Shown here in pieces: positions 60,439 through 64,000 of a DNA stretch of 64,000 nt. The notes beneath the pieces were generated by a model. It was not told the origin of the DNA. It searched no databases and saw only the letters and a program-made list of their open reading frames with translations. The translations under genes and the position numbers were made by a program. Numbering within the stretch: the stretch's first letter is position 1; the number at the start of each line of letters is the position of its first letter. The stretch comes from an uncultured Brevifollis sp. (GTDB lineage: Bacteria > Verrucomicrobiota > Verrucomicrobiia > Verrucomicrobiales > Verrucomicrobiaceae): the NCBI GenBank assembly GCA_964588755.1, contig CAZPSQ010000002.1, positions 2,877 through 66,876 on the forward strand, read 5' to 3'.

Positions 60439-61917
60439 CTAGTTGGAGAAACGCAGGGCATAGACATCAGCGTCCCTCATGACCACACGCAGGCGCACCA
60501 GCCTGCCAGCAAGGGAGCTGAGATCAGAGCCAGCCTTCCAGGCCATCGTGGCCTCCAGTTCATCCCCATAAAGTTCCGGCATGTCGCCCAGAGCAAAGCC
60601 CTGAATCGCCTTGCCCGCCTCATCCTGCACTTCCACCTGCACAGAACCCGCCGCGGAGGTCGCATAGTTGAGCACCAGTTTTTGCCCGGTGAAATTGAGC
60701 AGCTTCGTCACGAACTCCCCGCCACTGGCATCCGCATGCATGGAGGCAAAGCCTTGCTTGCGCACCGTCACCCGACGCATGCGGTGGTCCGCATGCCGGT
60801 AGTGCTCGCTGACATACAGCGACCACTCGTCAGGCGCTGTTTCGACAATGCCTGCGGCGGGCATCGTGTTGCGGTCAGTCCAGTTCCTGGCATCCGGCCC
60901 CGGACGCACCCACGCCTCCAGGAAGGTACGATCCCAGCTCACGCCATCGCGGCTGGTCATGAAAACCGCGTCGGACACGCCTTTGATCTTGTGCTCCGGC
61001 ACCTTCAGCCGCGTGGGCACGAAACGCTTGGGGAACGACAGCAGCAGATGCGGCGCGGTGGGACACGGCACTGTGGCGGAAGTGTAGAAATGCTCATACG
61101 GCACGCCTTCCGCATAACGGTTCGGCGTGCCGGCGCTCCATTCCAGAAAGTCCGATGAGTGGCTGCTCTGGATGGCCCGCGTGTTGTTGGAAAAGATGCG
61201 GGTGTAGCTGGCATAGCGCCCTCTCGCCGCGTCCCAAAAAGCCACGTTTTGCGAGTCGAAGGCCCCCTTCGTCATCACCGTCTCAGGCCTCAGCTTTTGC
61301 CAGCGCAGACCATCGGCGGAAACAAAGGCGTACAGGCCGCCGGGCGTCTCCCCCACCTGCCAGTTCTTGCCCGGCTGCTTCACCCCACCCAGCGCCTTGT
61401 AGCGCTGGTCGGGCTTGGTGGCAGGGTTCGTGTCAAGGAAGGCTGAAAAGTTGTGCGACTCCACCCCGCGCCAGATCACATTGTTTTCCTTGGTGCCGCC
61501 CACCTCGATCAAGCCCAGCTTTGGCCGGGTGAAGTGGATGCCATCCGTGCTCTCCACCACGCACGTCACCTGATCCTCCGAATGGTCGGGGCCGCCTGCC
61601 GAGCCACGGTAGTAGAGACGCACTTTCCCGCCGTCCTGAATGGCGGAGAAATAGCCGCACGTGGGTCCTTCCCAAGGCTGGTCGGTGGTGAGCACGACCT
61701 CACGCCTGACAGGCTTGTGCATCTTCAAAACCACGCCTTTCTTCTGGTCCACAAGATAGTCGTCCACAAACAGCTCCCAGCGTGAGGCGACAGGGACAGG
61801 GGCGGATGGTTCGACCGCCTGGGCGGTGAAGGAGTGTGGCAGGAGGCACAATGTGGCGGCGGACAAAACCCAAAAGGCAGGGCTGCCGCCGGCGGGCGCG
61901 AATGGCATGAGCGTCAT
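60439..61917 (-). CDS. Exported five-bladed beta-propeller glycoside-hydrolase-like protein
   Basis: Signal peptide; WELFVDDYLV, PWEG, STDGIHF.RPKLGL, FDSQN, SRDGVSWDR, C-terminal beta-sandwich (LVLNYATSAAGSVQVE). Alternative ATG at 61908. Confidence 0.8.
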   Translation of the reverse strand: MTLMPFAPAGGSPAFWVLSAATLCLLPHSFTAQAVEPSAPVPVASRWELFVDDYLVDQKKGVVLKMHKPVRREVVLTTDQPWEGPTCGYFSAIQDGGKVRLYYRGSAGGPDHSEDQVTCVVESTDGIHFTRPKLGLIEVGGTKENNVIWRGVESHNFSAFLDTNPATKPDQRYKALGGVKQPGKNWQVGETPGGLYAFVSADGLRWQKLRPETVMTKGAFDSQNVAFWDAARGRYASYTRIFSNNTRAIQSSHSSDFLEWSAGTPNRYAEGVPYEHFYTSATVPCPTAPHLLLSFPKRFVPTRLKVPEHKIKGVSDAVFMTSRDGVSWDRTFLEAWVRPGPDARNWTDRNTMPAAGIVETAPDEWSLYVSEHYRHADHRMRRVTVRKQGFASMHADASGGEFVTKLLNFTGQKLVLNYATSAAGSVQVEVQDEAGKAIQGFALGDMPELYGDELEATMAWKAGSDLSSLAGRLVRLRVVMRDADVYALRFSN

Positions 61918-62223
61918 GGGGAAAGAACGCACTCACGCCTGCCCTGCCATCCGCGGACCACTGGTTACATTTGGAAACCAGTCAGGAAACCAAGCCGGAG
62001 GAATCCTTCACCCTGGACGGCATGCAGGTCATGGCTGCCACCATGACCTCGGCCCCCTGCCACTCCACAACATCACCACACCTGTGCAAATGTGTGATCA
62101 TGCCACCATCTGCAGGACATGGCGGGACAGAATTCTCAACCGGCCGGCCGGAGCCCCCTTCCAAATTCCGCAGGCTAACCTGGGCAGAAATTCAGCCCTG
62201 CCTCGCCTTGCCCGCTTTTACAC

Positions 62224-62808
62224 TTACTTGGTCTTTTGGGCAGTTCCCTTCAAAACCGCATCACGCATTTGCTCCATCTGTGGAACCAAGGCCCCAGCCC
62301 CAAGATCATATTGCTCAATGAGCGGGGCTGGCAGCAGATCAGCGCTGATCATGCCGATGCCGTCCGCATGAATGAAAGAAATGCTGTCTGCCTCCACCGC
62401 ACGCACCTTGGCATTGCGAAGCACCTTGCCATTGCTGAGCGTCACATCCCCAAGCTCTGTGCCAGGGGCGTTGGAGCGCGCTTTGTCCACGGCATTCTTA
62501 ATGGACTCAGCGGCGTACTTGATCTCGCCCTCCACTTTGCGGAAACGGGTGTCCAGCACTTGCTTCGCTTTCAGGAGAACCTCATGGTGCGCGGCCAGCT
62601 CACGATTTTTGACCCCAAGAGCCTCCATTCTTTCGATGCTGCCCTTCCGTGTGGCCAGCGTCTCCTTCACGCTCTCCAGGCGGCTGGTCTGTTCCAGCAT
62701 GGCATAGTTGGCATTGTCCACCGAGGTGAAGTAATGGGCGGCATAACCGATTCCGATGAGCAGCCCAAACATGATGAGCAGCAGCCAGATTTTAGATTCT
62801 GTGGGCAT
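62224..62808 (-). CDS. Membrane-anchored coiled-coil hypothetical protein
   Basis: N-terminal TM; coiled coil; small C-terminal beta domain L.NGKVLRNAKVRAVE..ISFIHADG..LLP. Confidence 0.78.
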   Translation of the reverse strand: MPTESKIWLLLIMFGLLIGIGYAAHYFTSVDNANYAMLEQTSRLESVKETLATRKGSIERMEALGVKNRELAAHHEVLLKAKQVLDTRFRKVEGEIKYAAESIKNAVDKARSNAPGTELGDVTLSNGKVLRNAKVRAVEADSISFIHADGIGMISADLLPAPLIEQYDLGAGALVPQMEQMRDAVLKGTAQKTK

Positions 62809-62832
62809 GACGGGAGAGTGGTTGGGATGTTT

Positions 62833-63171
62833 TTAGCGCAGATACTTGGCCTTGTATGCGTCCACCTTGGGGCGGATTTCTTTGATGGCCGCCTCCCCTT
62901 CCGCACACCTTTTGTTTAGGTCGGCAAGCTCAGCTTCGAGGACAGTGTTTTTGCTCATCCACCCAGCATTCTGTTGCTCCAATGTCATGATGCCGACATC
63001 TGCATCACCTCCATAGGCATGTGTTTTCGCATCAATGGCCGCAAGCTCGGCATAACTTCGCTTGGTTTCCTCGTCGATCCTTTTCACTTCTTCAAGGAGC
63101 TTGCTATGCTTCTCGCAGGAAGACAGCAAAAGCAGACCGACAAGCGCTGGGCACAGAGCAAATAACTTCAT
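62833..63171 (-). CDS. Coiled-coil lipoprotein
   Basis: MKLFALCPALVGLLLLSSC lipobox; heptad repeats. Confidence 0.8.
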   Translation of the reverse strand: MKLFALCPALVGLLLLSSCEKHSKLLEEVKRIDEETKRSYAELAAIDAKTHAYGGDADVGIMTLEQQNAGWMSKNTVLEAELADLNKRCAEGEAAIKEIRPKVDAYKAKYLR

Positions 63172-63297
63172 GAGTACGTCTCTTAGAAAGAAACATGGAC
63201 CCGGCTTTTATTCAAGCTCAAATTGCCTGCCCGCAACTTTTCACAGCATTGTCACTTTTGACCATGCAAGGCGGCCGGGCGGAGCTAGCATCAGCAC

Positions 63298-64000
63298 GTG
63301 ATCGCAATAGCAACGGCCAGTCAGAAAGGAGGCGTGGGAAAAACCACGTTGTGCATCAATCTCGCCTACTCGCTTGCACGGAGGGGATGGCGTGTGCTGC
63401 TTGTGGACACAGATCCGCAGGGCGGCGTGGGCCTTTCCCTGACCAAAAGCGCCAAAACACGCGAGGGCTTTCACGAGTTCCTTTCCCGTGGCGGGGACCT
63501 GGGCAAAATTGTGGTGCCCACCCGGCTGCCGGAGCTGGAGATCGTGACCTCGGGACGCCAGGAAACCTGCGCAAGGGAGGACTGGTCCGCGCATGAGATG
63601 CCCGCACGCATGGCGGACCTGCTGCGAGGAGCGGAACTGCGCGGGGTGGACATTGTCCTGCTCGACACAGCCGCAGGCCTGACCGGCACCACCGAGGCCG
63701 TGGTAAAGGCCTGTGACTTTGTCATCCTGCCGCAGCAGGCCGAGCCGCTGGCCATCCGCAGCGTGCCGCATCTGCTGGAGACACTGGCCCGTTACCGCTC
63801 CGAGGGCGCGGGGGTGCGGGTGGCCGGCATCCTGCTGACGATGGTGATGAACGAGCAGGAAATGAGCCTCAAGGTGGCCCGTGAGCTGCGCGAGATGCTG
63901 CCGCCGAACCTGATGTTCCAACAGAGCATTCCAAGGCTTCCCTCATTTTTGGAGGCCAGCGCCCTGGGGGTGCCTGTGGCGCTGACCAAGCGCAATCCGC
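63298..64000 (+). CDS. ParA/Soj/MinD family ATPase (runs off right edge)
   Basis: Not in the ORF track. GTG 63298 gives MIAIATASQKGGVGKTTLCINLAYSLARRGWRVLLVDTDPQG...LLDTAAG...P.QAEPLA; deviant Walker A KGGVGKT. Confidence 0.9.
   Translation, partial: MIAIATASQKGGVGKTTLCINLAYSLARRGWRVLLVDTDPQGGVGLSLTKSAKTREGFHEFLSRGGDLGKIVVPTRLPELEIVTSGRQETCAREDWSAHEMPARMADLLRGAELRGVDIVLLDTAAGLTGTTEAVVKACDFVILPQQAEPLAIRSVPHLLETLARYRSEGAGVRVAGILLTMVMNEQEMSLKVARELREMLPPNLMFQQSIPRLPSFLEASALGVPVALTKRNP

Noticed and set aside
63241-63921. 226-aa minus-strand ORF
   Set aside because: Antisense to a clear ParA-family gene starting at 63298.
1-64000. CRISPR arrays, IS elements, reverse transcriptase/DGR, prophage
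   Set aside because: No regularly spaced short repeats, transposase, RT or phage structural motifs seen by eye; the only near-identical repeats are explained by gene or domain duplication.

Overview
GC-rich bacterial chromosomal segment. It is very probably Verrucomicrobiota, judged from the ECF/Ser-Thr-kinase pair, the GntR-LacI fusion regulator, the D-x-DGDG...Y-x-V-E-x-S-x-x-L...F-Y/F-R C-terminal domain on secreted proteins, and start codons that lack a Shine-Dalgarno sequence. I saw no IS, integrase, CRISPR array or rRNA. Left to right: (1) 5' part of a probable alpha-2-macroglobulin gene and tRNA-Pro(CGG). (2) An ECF sigma factor and a Zn-ribbon/kinase/TM/WD40 receptor kinase, followed by three large secreted proteins of unknown function (1826, 1097, 1156 aa). 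The same candidate ECF promoter, TGTAAC-N15-GATTG, lies before both the kinase and the three-gene operon. (3) A ~15 kb envelope phospho-signalling cluster: a tandem pseudokinase + FHA protein, two paralogous exported proteins ending in VQIRFE, a membrane kinase with a beta-helix ectodomain, an S41 PDZ protease, duplicated glycine-zipper lipoproteins and an FHA-FHA-ABC exporter. It has no T6SS core genes. (4) A GT9 glycosyltransferase and a ~6050-aa modular surface protein. (5) A GntR-LacI regulator next to an aminotransferase/amidohydrolase/MFS operon, two exported beta-propeller glycosidase-like genes, two small envelope proteins and a truncated ParA. Blocks 2 and 3 are the best candidates for undescribed systems. 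All functional calls come from reading motifs by eye; no searches were run.
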